Numbered from the stretch's first letter, positions 10,660-21,502 are shown. The stretch is DNA of 64,000 nt from Bryobacterales bacterium (GCA_963422375.2 OY729427.2:512001-576000); one strand, 5' to 3'. Notes: generated by a model from the letters alone, not told the origin. Numbers and translations: made by a program.

Positions 10660-12139
10660 GGGAATTATATATCTGAGTGCCGAGGCAACCGATTTTGCAA
10701 ATTATCAGTCCATAAATTAATTTCATATTTCTTCCGGAGATCTGTTGATATTTGGTGGAGTGTTTTGATAGAATATTTCCAATATATGAGGTCGTCTATG
10801 AAGCAGAAAAGTCCCGGTAAATGGTTTCGTGAAGGCCTCACTCTGATTGACGTGATCGCCATGTTCCGCGATGACGAATCCGCGGAAAAGTGGTCGCCTC
10901 CATGCGCTGGCCCGACGGTCCGGTATGCCCCCACTGCCGCGGCTGCGGCAAGCGCTTTTCCGTGCGCACCGGCAGCGTGACGGCCGACACCGAGCTCGGC
11001 TACCGCACCCGGGCCGTCGCCCTGTTCCTGCTGACCACCGGCATCAAGGGCGTCTCGAGCATGAAGCTGCACCGCGACCCGGGCGTCAGCCGGAAGTCGC
11101 CCTGGCACCTGGCGCACCGCATCCGCGCGTGCCGGGAGCGGGATCGGGGCCTGTTCGCCGGCCCGGTGGAGGTCGACGAGACCTGCGTCGGCGGCAAGGA
11201 GCGCAACCAGCACGAGAGCAAGAAGGCCCGCGCCGGGCGCGGGCCCGTCGGCAAGACGCCCGTAGCGGGGGCGCGGGACCGCGCCACGAACGCAGCGGCC
11301 GCGCGGCCGCTGCCGGGCACCGCCAAGGGCGACCTGCAGGGCTTCGTGCGCGGCCGGGTCGCGCCGGGGGCGCAGGTCCGCTCCGACGAGGCGGCGGCCT
11401 GCGCCGGCATGGAGCAGTTCCCGCACGAAGCCGTCAAGCACTCCGGCGGCGAGTACGTGCGCGGGGCGGCGCATACGCGCATACGAACGGCATCGAGTCG
11501 TTTTGGTCCCTGTTCAAGCGCGGCCTGTACGGAACCTATCACCGGATGAGCGTCCGTCATCCGGGTCGCTACCTCACGCAGTTCGCGGGACGGTGCAACG
11601 ACCGCGACTGCGACACGGCGGAACAACGGCGGAACAGATGCGGCGCATGGCGCGGGGCCTGGTCGGCCGGACGCTGACCTACCGGCAGCTGACCGGCAAG
11701 GCCGCAGTCGCGGCCCGAGCGGCGCCCTCCGCGCTGAGCGCCGCAGCCCGCTGCCGACGCACTCTTCACGCTCGATGCGCTTCACGCTCGGTGCGAGGGG
11801 CGCGCCGGATCTGGAATCCCCCGGCGCGACCCGAGTCCGGCCCGGACCGTCCATGCAGGCCGTCGAGCGCCGGGGATCCGCTGTCTTCGGCCCTCGCAGG
11901 GCACGCAATCGACTTGCAAGGGGTGCCCTCCACCGCAAACCGGATTCCACCGGGGCATGCGAGGGGGACTCTCTAATCCGTGCCTCGTCAATTCCGCCGG
12001 CAGGTTCGATTCAGATACGATCCCACCTTTCCGTGCCTGCCGCGGCCGCATTCGAATGACCCGAGCCAGACGCCGACCTCCCTGCTCACAGCAGTTCTCG
12101 TCGGACATGGCGTTGTCGGCACTCAGATATATAATTCCC
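10660..12139 (+). mobile_element. IS1595-family insertion sequence, copy 1 (defective)
   Basis: Perfect 24-bp TIR GGGAATTATATATCTGAGTGCCGA at 10660-10683 and 12116-12139. Flanks CTTTCATT/TTAAGAAG do not match, so no TSD. Confidence 0.93.
10798..11700 (+). pseudogene. IS1595 transposase pseudogene
   Basis: RWPDGPVCPHC, KGVSSMKLHRD, VEVDET, SDE and HTNGIESFWSLFKRG motifs. Frameshifts near 10893, 11469-11484 and 11615-11636. 3' end approximate. Confidence 0.9.
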
Positions 12140-13906
12140 TTAAGAAGGGAGTTCGTCATCTTCGTGTCGGCCACGCCTTCCCGGATGACTGGCGAGTTGA
12201 CCACGTCGGGCAATTGCATGGCGAACCGCACGCGACCGACCGTTGACCTCAGCGGGAATGTGCCCTGGGTGCCCGTGGCGACCGCCACCGCGTCGTGGAT
12301 CTCCTCGGCGCTCAGCCGCCGCACGGGGTGGCGCGCGAAGAAGCGCTCGTGGCCGGGACTCCAAGCGCCATCGTAGGACGCGGACAGCTGGTAGGTCCGC
12401 GAGCTCACGATCTCGCACATGAGCGTCTTGAGATAGAAGCGCCCGGCAATCAAGACGTCGGCTAGGTGCTCGAGCAATGCGAGATGGGACGGCTGGATGG
12501 TCCACGGAGACTCGGGCGGGGCCGCCGGGTCGAGGCGCTTGGGATCGAAGCCATGCTCGGGCTCGACTAGACCACGCGAGAAGAAGGTCCGCCAGACGCG
12601 GTTGACGAGATTGCGAGCGAACTGGCGATCGGCCGTCAGCAGACGTGCCAAGGCCGCCATGGGCCGCTCGCCGGGCCGCGGCGCGCCGCCGCCGAATGGG
12701 TACCGCGGGCTGACCCGGCGAGAGCCGCCGTTGTCGGACCTGTGCCTCTTCGGGCGGTTTCCGTGGGATGTGTCGGCATAATACGCGCCAGACTCGCGAA
12801 TCGACCCGCGTTCTCCGGGCCGCACGACGTTCACGTGCCAGAACGGTGCTTTCGGGCCGCCGGGCCGCCCGGATGGGCTCGGAAGTCTATACGGTGACGG
12901 ATAGATCTCGAGCTGCTGGAAGAATGCCGCCAAGCCCCAGCCGTCGGCCCGACGCGCATCCCTGCCCCACAGGCTTACGGAATCGAGACGGCCCGCTCCG
13001 TCATGGCACAGGATGCAATCCACGACCGCGAGGCCTAGTAGGTCCCGCGCGACGCGCGACGAGGGACGCCAGGCGGTCGAAGGTGTCTTGCACGGGCCCG
13101 CCCGGGTGATAGCCGCCCACTAAGTAGTTGGCCGCCCGCGGCCGTACTCGCTCGTCAGCAAGGAAGACCTGGTATGTGGCGAAGTCGCGGAATGGCGAAG
13201 CTCGCGATGTCGGCGTGGGCCAGTTGCGACCGTCGTTGGTGCCGGAGGCAGTCAGCAGGTTCCTGACAAGGCGGTCAAAAGCCGTGTTGCGGCGTATCGC
13301 GGCGCGAATGTACAAGTGCAAGGAGTCGCGCCCAGCGAAGCGGTTGATCAGCGTCGTCCTCTCCGTGTTGGCAAGCAGGTCGCCGACGAACAGGGTCCAG
13401 CGGTCCGCCCACTGCGGGCTGGCAAGGAGGCGCTCGACGACACGCTCGCGCTTGTCGGAGGACGCATCTTGCAGAAACGAAGTCACTTCGGCGACTGTCG
13501 GAATGCGCCCGGTAAGGTCTAGGCTGACTCGGCGCAGGAACCGTGCGTCGTTGCAGGCGGCGGCAGGCGGTATCCCCTTGCGCTCGAGCTCGGCGAACAC
13601 TAAATCGTCGATCGAGTTCACTTGGGCAGGGCCGCCGGACGAAGCTGAGGCACGGGCCGAGGCCGCGCGAGCCGGCGCCGGAGAGTGCCGCGGACTCGGC
13701 AGCCGGGAGGAAACGGTCGCGTTCAGTTCCGCCTGCCGGCGCGCATCTTGAAGCAGCGGGCCGAGCCCCGCACCTAGGAAGTGCCGGCCGGCGTCGCCCG
13801 AATAGGTGCATTGCGCGTGTTCCAGCCCGTCGCTGGCGCTGGGGGCCGGGGATCCAGCCAAAGCAACCCAGAGCGAGGCTAGAAGCAGTACGGAAGGCCC
13901 AAGCAT
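12140..13906 (-). pseudogene. DUF1549/DUF1553 protein, frameshifted and truncated by IS1595
   Basis: FLRRVSLDLTGRIPT, DCILCHDG, FARNLVNRVW and RRLSAEEIHDA motifs. A 7-bp tandem duplication at 13047-13060 shifts the frame; the C-terminus runs into the IS TIR. Confidence 0.85.
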
Positions 13907-14082
13907 GGACCCCAAACTCGGCTGCCGGGCCGACCCCCGGCACAAGGAGGCATTGGCCCGAGGCCCAATCGATCATAACACCCGTTTATCGGCGGCAATC
14001 GAGTTTCTCGTACGCGAGATTCCTAACCTACCCTCCAACGCGAGACGATCCCTGGTTGACGGGCTGGAGGTGACGAGTGTCC

Positions 14083-14210
14083 CAGCGAGTGCGGCCGCTG
14101 CTCGCAACCGGCAAGGCGCAACTGCGGACTCGGTCGGTGTGCCACCGCACCGATGACGCGATCCGGGGCCATTTGTTCTGATCGGTTCTCGCCTCGGATT
14201 TTCCGAAGTC
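14083..14210 (+). pseudogene. IS1634-like transposase C-terminal remnant
   Basis: Reads TGKAQLRTRSVCHRTDDAIRGHLF*SVLA, resembling the IS1634 motif K..L.TRP.YH....IRGH.FCSFLA. Confidence 0.5.
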
Positions 14211-14769
14211 GACGCGCGGAGCGAGTCCCGAGCCTGTCGAAAGTCACTATTTCACAAGCAGTATCCGGGATCGGTGGAACAGAGTCCGTCTAATTTGTCC
14301 TGTCGAGGTTCTGAGGCGGGTCCACTCGGCTGGAGCCCTCATCCCGGCCTTCGAACTGTCACTGCCGGGCCGAGAGTCCGTGCCGGGGCTGTTGGGCGGG
14401 GCATCACGCGCCTCAGCGGCGGCGCGACCGGTCCGTGCTGATCCTTGCCGGTCCCGCATGCGGCTGGTGCGCTTCTCCCGGCTCGTCGGAGCCATCCCAT
14501 ATTGGGACATCGCTAGGGAGACGCCACGGGATGTCTGAACGTTGGTGCCCAAGCGGGACTTGGGCCGCTTGCTCGAGCCGCTGGCGGAACGACGCGCCGC
14601 GCGCCTGGCGCTGCGCAGGCGGGCGTGAAGGACGGCAGTCCTCTCTATCTGTCCATTCGCCACTTTGCATTGCCGCTCCTCTTGAACCGCCTGATCGAAG
14701 ATCTGCTAACCGCTTGCTTTCGGTCCTGCCAACAACCTCTGCTAGCAGGGAAGAATCGCCTCAACAATA

Positions 14770-14980
14770 TCGCCCCTGAACTTGCTTCATCAATCCCCCA
14801 ATTGTGGGGTCTGCTTGTCTCCATATTTTAGATTCGATTTTCGAAATTCTGCTTCTATTCCTCGATCTGGCCGATCTTGGCGTCTGAGAGGACACGATGA
14901 ATCGTCCCGATCTGTTGTCGCTCGTCACGTGTGGGACAATTGAACGGAACTTCAAAGTTGATCGCCTTCTGCGTCGTGCA
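14770..14980 (-). pseudogene. possible type I R-M specificity subunit (HsdS) C-terminal remnant
   Basis: Lower-GC patch reading CPTRDERQQIG...DAKIGQIEE*KQ, then GLMKQ in another frame; reminiscent of the HsdS P...EQ..I...D.KI...GLMQ helix. Confidence 0.25.
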
Positions 14981-15230
14981 GCGTCACGCTTCCGTCGAAG
15001 GGCCGAGGGCCAACCTGATGCGAGACCGGCAATCGACGGAGCTCCGGCAACGTAGATCCTTCGTCGCGCTACCCCGTCCAGCCCTGCGTAGTCGGGCTTG
15101 CCGACCCGGCCAGAGACCCGAGGGCTCGGAAATGGCGACGGCCGCACGGCCGTCCGATGGCGCTCCGGTCGATCCCGAACTCGCCTGATTCGCGCAACCG
15201 ACCAATCATCCGGCTGGCCACGCCGCCGCC

Positions 15231-17690
15231 CTAGGCCCAGCGCCCGAGAATCGGCAGCCAGCCCTTGCGAGCGACCAGCTCCACCAGATTCAGGATGATC
15301 GCCAGAGACAGCAGCAGCGGCCACAGATCCATCCAGCGCGAGACCGTCCGCCCTCCGGTGTCGAAGACGCGCTCCGGTGCCGGGTCCGTCCGACCGCCGG
15401 TCGCCGCCGCAATCGACCGCAGCAGCTCGCTGTCCGCCCCGTAGCGCGACAGCTCCGAGTTCTCTCGATAGTGCCCTGCTTCGGGAAACTCGCGGGAGTC
15501 CTCGGCGGGCCGTACGCGAAACAGGCCGTAGCGGCCCGCGACGGGAAACCGCGCTTCGTACCTTCCACCGCCGGCCGGCCTCGGTCGCGCGACGTGTCGG
15601 TAGCCCTGCGGGCCGATCGCGAACAGATCAGGCAACCCAACGTCGGGGGCGTCGCGAGACGTGCGGTAGCGGACCACGATCTCGTCCGTAGCCGGGTCAA
15701 ACCCGGTCTCCGTGTCGGTCGCAGCCGCTCGGGGCAGGATGTCGCGGAGCGCGTTCGACCAGAACCTGTCGAAACCGTTCCAAGCCACCCAGTTCGTCGC
15801 CCAGCGGTCCTTCGAGTCCGAGGCGAACACGGACGAGCGTCCCAGGCCGTACTGCCAGCGCACGAACAGCGGGTCGTCGTCGGCCGCATGCAGGATCGTT
15901 TCCGCGTCGGGCTTGGCCTCGAACTTCACCCAACCCAAGAGCGGACCCGGCTCGCTCAGGTCTAGGCCCTCCACTATCTCGAATTCGCGGTCCGCGAACG
16001 GCACGAATTCCCTCTCCGTGACGGACGTCCCGGTATGCTCCATCACGTCCTTGAGAACGATTTGCTCGAGGTTCGAAATGTCGATGAGGAAGTAGGACCG
16101 TCCCTCGGCGCTGCGTGCGACGCGCTCCAAGTAGGACCGGTTCACGTCCTGGCCGAGGCCGATGGTCGAGATGGTCACCTCGTTCGACGCCGCCTCGCGG
16201 GCCAGCGCGATGCTGTCGCCTTCCTCGGAAATTCCGTCGGTCAGCAGCAGGATGTGCTTGTATACGGCTTGCTGCTCCCTGATGAGACGGTAGGCCTCGG
16301 CCAGCGCCGGCGCGATCTGAGTGCCCCCGTCAGCGACAATCCCGCTGATCATCTGCTTGGTCCGCGCCGGGTACTCGTTCCGCTCGAGCGGCACCGCCCA
16401 TTCGAAGGAGTTGTCGAAGGCCAGCACCCCCGCGTTGTCGATCGCGCGCAGGTTCTCTATGACGCCGATCGCCGACTGGCGCGCCAAGTGCATCTTCTTG
16501 CCTTCCATCGACGAAGACTTGTCCACGACCAAGACGACCGCCGTGCCTTCGGGTGTCCTCGGCGGCGCGAGGGTCGCAGGCAGCATGCCCCGGAGCGGGT
16601 CGGCACCCGACCCCTCGCGCTCCCGGTACAGGTTTCGCTCGCCGGCGATGAGAAGGAAGCCCCCGCCGTCGCGTACGAAGGCCGCCAGACGCTCCTTGAC
16701 GGCATCGGGCCACGCCTCGAAGTCGGCGTTCGAACACACCACCACGTCGTAATCCAGCAGATCCTGCGCCGACACGGCGAGGGCACTCGCAGCCAGGTCG
16801 AGTTCAAATCCGGCCGCACGCGCGACACTGCCAAGGGGCGCGTTCTGATCGGGAGTGTCCGGAGACACGAGCAAGGCGCGCGGCGTTCGAATCGAGACGG
16901 ATGCCGCAAACCGGAGTTCGCCGCTCTCGCCCGCGTCCAGCCGGCCCTCGAGGAGAGTCGCGCCAGGCGACTCGATCCTGGCGCGGGCCGTGACAGCGTG
17001 CCTGCCCTCGGACAGCCTCGCGTCGCTAGCCCCGATCAAGCGTCCGTCCGCCCGGAGTTCGAGGCGCGCCTGCAGGCTCCCGGGACTGTCTACGTCGAAC
17101 TCGATCGGAAACCGCTCGCCAGCGAAGGCTTGGTCGGGCACGCGGACGCCGGCCAAGCTCATCCGAGGCCTTTCCCTGCCCGCCAAGGGGAGGGTGTCGA
17201 TGGGAACGTTCCTCTTCCACGCTTGGTACACCGCCCGCTCCACCGCCCCTTCATTGGCGAGGCCGTCGCTCGCCAGGACAAGCCGGGGTATGCGGTCGGC
17301 AGGAAGAGCTCCCAAGGCGTTGCGGATCGCGGACTCGATATTCGTCGAGCGAACCGCGCCCGGATCGCTGATCTTGCGGAGGGGCACGGCCGCGAACTCG
17401 AGCTCGCGAAGGGTGTGGCCGGAACTGGATCTCCGGGCCATGCGCAGGAAGTCCTCCTGCTGGCCGCGCTGCTCGTCGGGGATGCTCTGCGAGGCGTCGC
17501 GCAGGACCGCGACCGCGGTGTGCGTCTCGCGGATGCGCCACTGGGGCTGTGCCAAGGCGAGGCAGACGAATGCGAGCGCGAGCGCCTTGAGCAGCAGCCC
17601 GAGGCGCCTCGGGGTCCGCTTCCACTCCCAAGCGCACCAAGCCACCAGCGGAACCAGCAGCAGGAACGCCCAACCCGCCCCGTAGGTCAC
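15231..17690 (-). CDS. membrane-anchored vWA domain protein with glutamine-amidotransferase-like domain
   Basis: MIDAS DKSSSM, GGTQIAPAL, LLTDG; second degenerate vWA (DASQS, LASDG); N- and C-terminal TM helices; GTG overlaps the upstream stop. Confidence 0.85.
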   Translation of the reverse strand: MTYGAGWAFLLLVPLVAWCAWEWKRTPRRLGLLLKALALAFVCLALAQPQWRIRETHTAVAVLRDASQSIPDEQRGQQEDFLRMARRSSSGHTLRELEFAAVPLRKISDPGAVRSTNIESAIRNALGALPADRIPRLVLASDGLANEGAVERAVYQAWKRNVPIDTLPLAGRERPRMSLAGVRVPDQAFAGERFPIEFDVDSPGSLQARLELRADGRLIGASDARLSEGRHAVTARARIESPGATLLEGRLDAGESGELRFAASVSIRTPRALLVSPDTPDQNAPLGSVARAAGFELDLAASALAVSAQDLLDYDVVVCSNADFEAWPDAVKERLAAFVRDGGGFLLIAGERNLYREREGSGADPLRGMLPATLAPPRTPEGTAVVLVVDKSSSMEGKKMHLARQSAIGVIENLRAIDNAGVLAFDNSFEWAVPLERNEYPARTKQMISGIVADGGTQIAPALAEAYRLIREQQAVYKHILLLTDGISEEGDSIALAREAASNEVTISTIGLGQDVNRSYLERVARSAEGRSYFLIDISNLEQIVLKDVMEHTGTSVTEREFVPFADREFEIVEGLDLSEPGPLLGWVKFEAKPDAETILHAADDDPLFVRWQYGLGRSSVFASDSKDRWATNWVAWNGFDRFWSNALRDILPRAAATDTETGFDPATDEIVVRYRTSRDAPDVGLPDLFAIGPQGYRHVARPRPAGGGRYEARFPVAGRYGLFRVRPAEDSREFPEAGHYRENSELSRYGADSELLRSIAAATGGRTDPAPERVFDTGGRTVSRWMDLWPLLLSLAIILNLVELVARKGWLPILGRWA

Positions 17691-19603
17691 GCCACCCCCG
17701 CTTCCGGTCGCCGCTCGTCGTCGGGCAGGATTTCCGGCGACGCCCGGCGCCCCCGCCCGAAGCGGCTCCAGTCGTACAGGAGAATCGCGGCGGCAAGCGC
17801 GGCGAGCCACGGCCACGAAATCCACGGCTCGCCGCCGCCCGCGACGCGCGAGGGCACGCCGTGGCGCACCTCGGCAGGGGGATCCCATACCGACGACGCC
17901 ACCTGCGGCTGGCTCAGCGACAGCGTGACGTCGCGGTCAGCCGTCACGACACGGTACTTCCCCGGCCGCCCGGCAAAGAAGCGTACTTTACCTCCCGCCA
18001 GGATCCACGGAACCGCTTCGCCCCGGTCCGTCCGCACGGCGATCTCCTGGCGGGCGGAATTGGGAGCCTCGACCTCCACGATGCCTGCGGGCCGCGCCTC
18101 GACCAGCTCGGCCCGGAAGACGTCGGGGTCGAGCCACGCGACCGCGTTGGCGAAGAGCAGCGGGGCGGCCAGCCGGTTGCGAACGGAATCGCCGGCGAGG
18201 TCGAAGCCGAACGCCACCAGCCTGCTGTCGGCGCTCGCCCGTGCGAGGACAACCGGGCCCTCGTCGGTCCGCGCGACAATCTCATCGTCTTGGCGTGCGT
18301 CGAACACGCGGGCCCTCTCCGGGACTAGGTCGCGGTCCCGCACGCCGCGCGCCAGCGGGTGGGTGACCGACCACTCGCGCACGGCGCGGCCCCGGACCTC
18401 GCGCGACGCGCTGACCGGGGACGCCGTGCCGGGCGGCGCGAGGTAGATGGCCCTTCTCGAGGAGCCGGCCTCCCCGCCCCGCGCCCAGACATGGATCGCG
18501 TCGTCTTCCAGTTCGGCGCGGGAATCCACGAAGCTCGGCTCGAGCCGGGCGCCGGAAGCGAGCAGCGGCTCGAACGACTCCGCCGAGCCGCCGATCACCT
18601 GCAGGCGCGTGCGGCGCACGCTGGGAATCGCGATTCTCGCCGCGTTGTTGCCGGGATAGTCGTCCTGCTCGGCCAGGCGCGCCTCCAGCAGCCCGGGACG
18701 CTCGGTCTGCAGGCTGAATCCCAGCTCGCTGTCCCCGCCTGCCTTGAAGTCGAGCACGCGGTGGCCCAGCGGCTTGTCGTCGAAATAGAAGTCGACGCGG
18801 GCGCTCGCGGGCCCGGAGCCGAGGCTGCGCGCCCCCAGCGAGACGGCCCACTTCCCGGGTACGGCCGGGTCGGCGGCGGCCCGCAAGACCAGCAGGCCGA
18901 AGGCGTCGCGAGGCTCCCCCGTCGCCACGTGGCGCAGCAGCGGCAGGCCGCCCGTGCCGACTGGCCCGCCCTCGTGCAGGCCCGGACCCACGTAGACCGT
19001 CTCGCCGATTCCGGGCCCGCCCGCGGCGAGATCCCCGGAGACGTCGAGGGCCAAGCGAAGAGTGCCTCCCGCCAAGTCGAAGGCGGCATCCAAGTCAAGC
19101 GCCGTCCAGCCGGGCTCGGCCGCGAGGATCGCCTCCCGCAGCCGCTGACGGTCCGAGGTGAAGGGGACTCGCACGGACGGAGCCCCGTCCGCCTCGACCA
19201 AGAGGATGCGGTCGGAACCGGGCACGCTCTCGAGATAGCGCAGAGCGAGCGCCCTGCCTTGGTCCATGAGCGGCGTGCCGTCTGCGTCCGAAAGGGCCAT
19301 CGCGGCCGAGGTGTCGAGCACGACGACGCGATGGCGAGAAGCGCCGCCGCCGCCGGGACGCGGGTCGGCGATCGCCAGCAGCAGCAGGAAGACTGCCGCG
19401 AGCTGGAGCAGCAGCGAGAGAGGGTGCTGGATCCTCTTGTGCCGCTGGCGGACGGCGGGGGCCGGGCGACGGGGCCAGAATTGCAGGGTGGACACGAGGA
19501 CCCTGCGCCGCGACCGGTCGTAGAAGTACAGCGCCACAAGCAAGCCCGCCACCGACAGGAAGAGTCCGAGCAGCTGGCCGAGCGCCAGATTGAGCAGTCC
19601 CAT
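17687..19603 (-). CDS. BatA N-terminal + vWA domain membrane protein
   Basis: LYFYDRSRRRVLVSTLQFW...LLLQL...LLLAIADP (BatA-like), VLDTSAAM, C-terminal TM. Confidence 0.85.
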   Translation of the reverse strand: MGLLNLALGQLLGLFLSVAGLLVALYFYDRSRRRVLVSTLQFWPRRPAPAVRQRHKRIQHPLSLLLQLAAVFLLLLAIADPRPGGGGASRHRVVVLDTSAAMALSDADGTPLMDQGRALALRYLESVPGSDRILLVEADGAPSVRVPFTSDRQRLREAILAAEPGWTALDLDAAFDLAGGTLRLALDVSGDLAAGGPGIGETVYVGPGLHEGGPVGTGGLPLLRHVATGEPRDAFGLLVLRAAADPAVPGKWAVSLGARSLGSGPASARVDFYFDDKPLGHRVLDFKAGGDSELGFSLQTERPGLLEARLAEQDDYPGNNAARIAIPSVRRTRLQVIGGSAESFEPLLASGARLEPSFVDSRAELEDDAIHVWARGGEAGSSRRAIYLAPPGTASPVSASREVRGRAVREWSVTHPLARGVRDRDLVPERARVFDARQDDEIVARTDEGPVVLARASADSRLVAFGFDLAGDSVRNRLAAPLLFANAVAWLDPDVFRAELVEARPAGIVEVEAPNSARQEIAVRTDRGEAVPWILAGGKVRFFAGRPGKYRVVTADRDVTLSLSQPQVASSVWDPPAEVRHGVPSRVAGGGEPWISWPWLAALAAAILLYDWSRFGRGRRASPEILPDDERRPEAGVA

Positions 19604-19607
19604 GGCG

Positions 19608-20525
19608 CTACGCCCGCAATGCCCCTCCCGTGCCCGTGCGGGTCGCCGGCATCTGGCGGAACAAGGCCTGGGCCAGCGGGGTCGAGGTCGAGAGATGGGC
19701 GTAGTGCGTCCGCGAACGCACGGCCTGGCGCTCCAATTCCGCGCAAAACTGGTCGTAGGCCTGGGTGTACTCCCGGGCCGAGCGGGCATCCAAGCTGACT
19801 CGCACCATGGCGCCGGACTCCGCGTCGCAGAGATCCAGATCGCCTCTCCACGGCGGCTCGCGGTCGAAGGGCCCGGCTAGGTGCAGGAGATGCACCTCGT
19901 GGCCCTCGTTCGCCAGGTGCTCGAGCGGCACGTCCTGACCCGCCGGGGCGAGGAAGTCGCTCAGCACGAAGGTCAGGCCGGGAACCCTGTACTTCATCAG
20001 GTAGTCGCGGACCGGTCTCTGGAACGACGTGCCTCCGCCCGTGCTGAGCCCGGAGATATAGCGGGCCGCCTGCGCGAAACGCAGCCTGCCGCCGTGGGCG
20101 CGGAACGAGTCGGCGAGCGCCGACCCGAACGGCTGCAGGACAATGGTCTCTAGGCGAACCAAGCCGACGTAGCAGAGCGCCGCGGCCAGGCGGCAGGCGT
20201 AGGCGAACTTCGCCTCGGACTCGCGGGAGCCCCCGCAAGCCATGGACTCGCTGGTGTCGATCAGGATGCGCACGGGAATGCGCGGCTCGGAGCGGAAGAG
20301 CTTGAGGAACAGCCGCTCGAGCCGCATGTAGGCGCGCCAGTTGACGGCGCGCAGATCGTCGCCGCGCTGGAAGTGCCGGTGGTCGAGGAACTCGTGACCG
20401 ACTCCCGGGTAGCGGGAGACGATGTCACCGCCGATCCGGCCGCGGAACGACTGGCTCCAGCGGATCGTGAGCCGCTCGAGCCGCTCCAGCATCTCCCGGC
20501 TGAGCAGTTCGGCCGGGGCGCGCAT
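19608..20525 (-). CDS. DUF58 domain protein
   Basis: EFLDHRHFQRGDDLRAVNWRAYMR, LIDTSESM and VLSDFL motifs. Confidence 0.92.
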   Translation of the reverse strand: MRAPAELLSREMLERLERLTIRWSQSFRGRIGGDIVSRYPGVGHEFLDHRHFQRGDDLRAVNWRAYMRLERLFLKLFRSEPRIPVRILIDTSESMACGGSRESEAKFAYACRLAAALCYVGLVRLETIVLQPFGSALADSFRAHGGRLRFAQAARYISGLSTGGGTSFQRPVRDYLMKYRVPGLTFVLSDFLAPAGQDVPLEHLANEGHEVHLLHLAGPFDREPPWRGDLDLCDAESGAMVRVSLDARSAREYTQAYDQFCAELERQAVRSRTHYAHLSTSTPLAQALFRQMPATRTGTGGALRA

Positions 20526-20609
20526 CGCTCCAGCGTACCAACGGAGCGAGGGAGCGCCCGCCGGGCGCGCGTGCGGCAGGCATGCGTGCTAGCCTGAGTC
20601 CAGTCGGCG

Positions 20610-21500
20610 ATGCGGATCGGCCAATTGCTCGCGGACGGGCCGCCGACGGTGTCGTTCGAATTCTTCCCGCCCAAGGATGAGAACGGCTTTTCCCGTCTAT
20701 TCAAAGCGATCGCTTCGCTGCAGCCGCTGCGCCCGAGCTTCGTGTCGGTGACCTACGGCGCGGGGGGCAGCACGAGGCGCAAGACCGTCGACCTGGTCGT
20801 GCGCATCAAGCGCGAGACCGGCATCGAGGCGATGGCGCATCTGACCTGCGTCGGCTCGCCCGAGGGCGAGCTGGCCGGCGTGCTCGACGCGCTGGAGCGC
20901 GGGGGCGTGGAAAACGTCCTGGCGCTGCGGGGGGACCCGCCCCGCGGACGCGACCGATTCGAGCCGGTCGAGGGCGGATTCCGCTACGCCAGCGAGCTCG
21001 TCGAATTCGTCAGGGCGCGGTACGGCTTCTGCGTGGGCGGTGCCTGCTACCCGGAAATCCATCCCGAGGCGCCGAGCCCCGAAGCGGACCTCGCCCACCT
21101 CAGGATCAAGGTGGAGGCCGGAGCGGAATTCCTCATAACGCAGCTCTTCTTCGACAACGACGATTTCCTGCGCTTCAGGGACCAAGCGGCAGGCGCGGGG
21201 ATCCGCGCGCCAATCGTGGCCGGGATCATGCCCGTCCGCAGCCTGGAGCAGACGCGGCGCTTCGCGCAGATGTGCGGAGCGAGAATCCCGGCCGGCCTGC
21301 TCTCCCGACTGGAAGCCGCCCAGGACAATCCCCGTGACGTGCGGCGCATCGGTATCGACCACGCGACCATGCAGTGCCGCCAGCTCCTCGAGGCCGGCGT
21401 GGCCGGCCTGCACTTCTACACGCTGAACCACTCGACGGCGACCTTGGCCATCTACGGCGCCGTCCGCGACTTGCTCGGAGCCCAGCGAACGGCTGCCTGA
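20610..21500 (+). CDS. metF: 5,10-methylenetetrahydrofolate reductase
   Basis: SFEFFPPK, SVTYGAGGS, AHLTC, LALRGDPP, ITQLFFDN and LHFYTLN motifs. Confidence 0.97.
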   Translation: MRIGQLLADGPPTVSFEFFPPKDENGFSRLFKAIASLQPLRPSFVSVTYGAGGSTRRKTVDLVVRIKRETGIEAMAHLTCVGSPEGELAGVLDALERGGVENVLALRGDPPRGRDRFEPVEGGFRYASELVEFVRARYGFCVGGACYPEIHPEAPSPEADLAHLRIKVEAGAEFLITQLFFDNDDFLRFRDQAAGAGIRAPIVAGIMPVRSLEQTRRFAQMCGARIPAGLLSRLEAAQDNPRDVRRIGIDHATMQCRQLLEAGVAGLHFYTLNHSTATLAIYGAVRDLLGAQRTAA

Positions 21501-21502
21501 GC

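Noticed and set aside
10880..10900. Programmed frameshifts in the transposases
   Set aside because: No slippery heptamer; the lesions differ between copies and accompany many missense changes.
16035..18446. Long antisense or alternate-frame ORFs (e.g. 803 aa here; also 4323-6098, 23011-24585, 50123-51616)
   Set aside because: These are shadow ORFs of real genes in high-GC DNA, with Arg/Gly/Pro-rich composition and no recognisable motifs.
20526..20609. SAM riboswitch upstream of metF (and a Mn riboswitch before the NRAMP-like gene)
   Set aside because: Both intergenic regions are only about 85 bp, shared with divergent promoters, and lack recognisable aptamer consensus.
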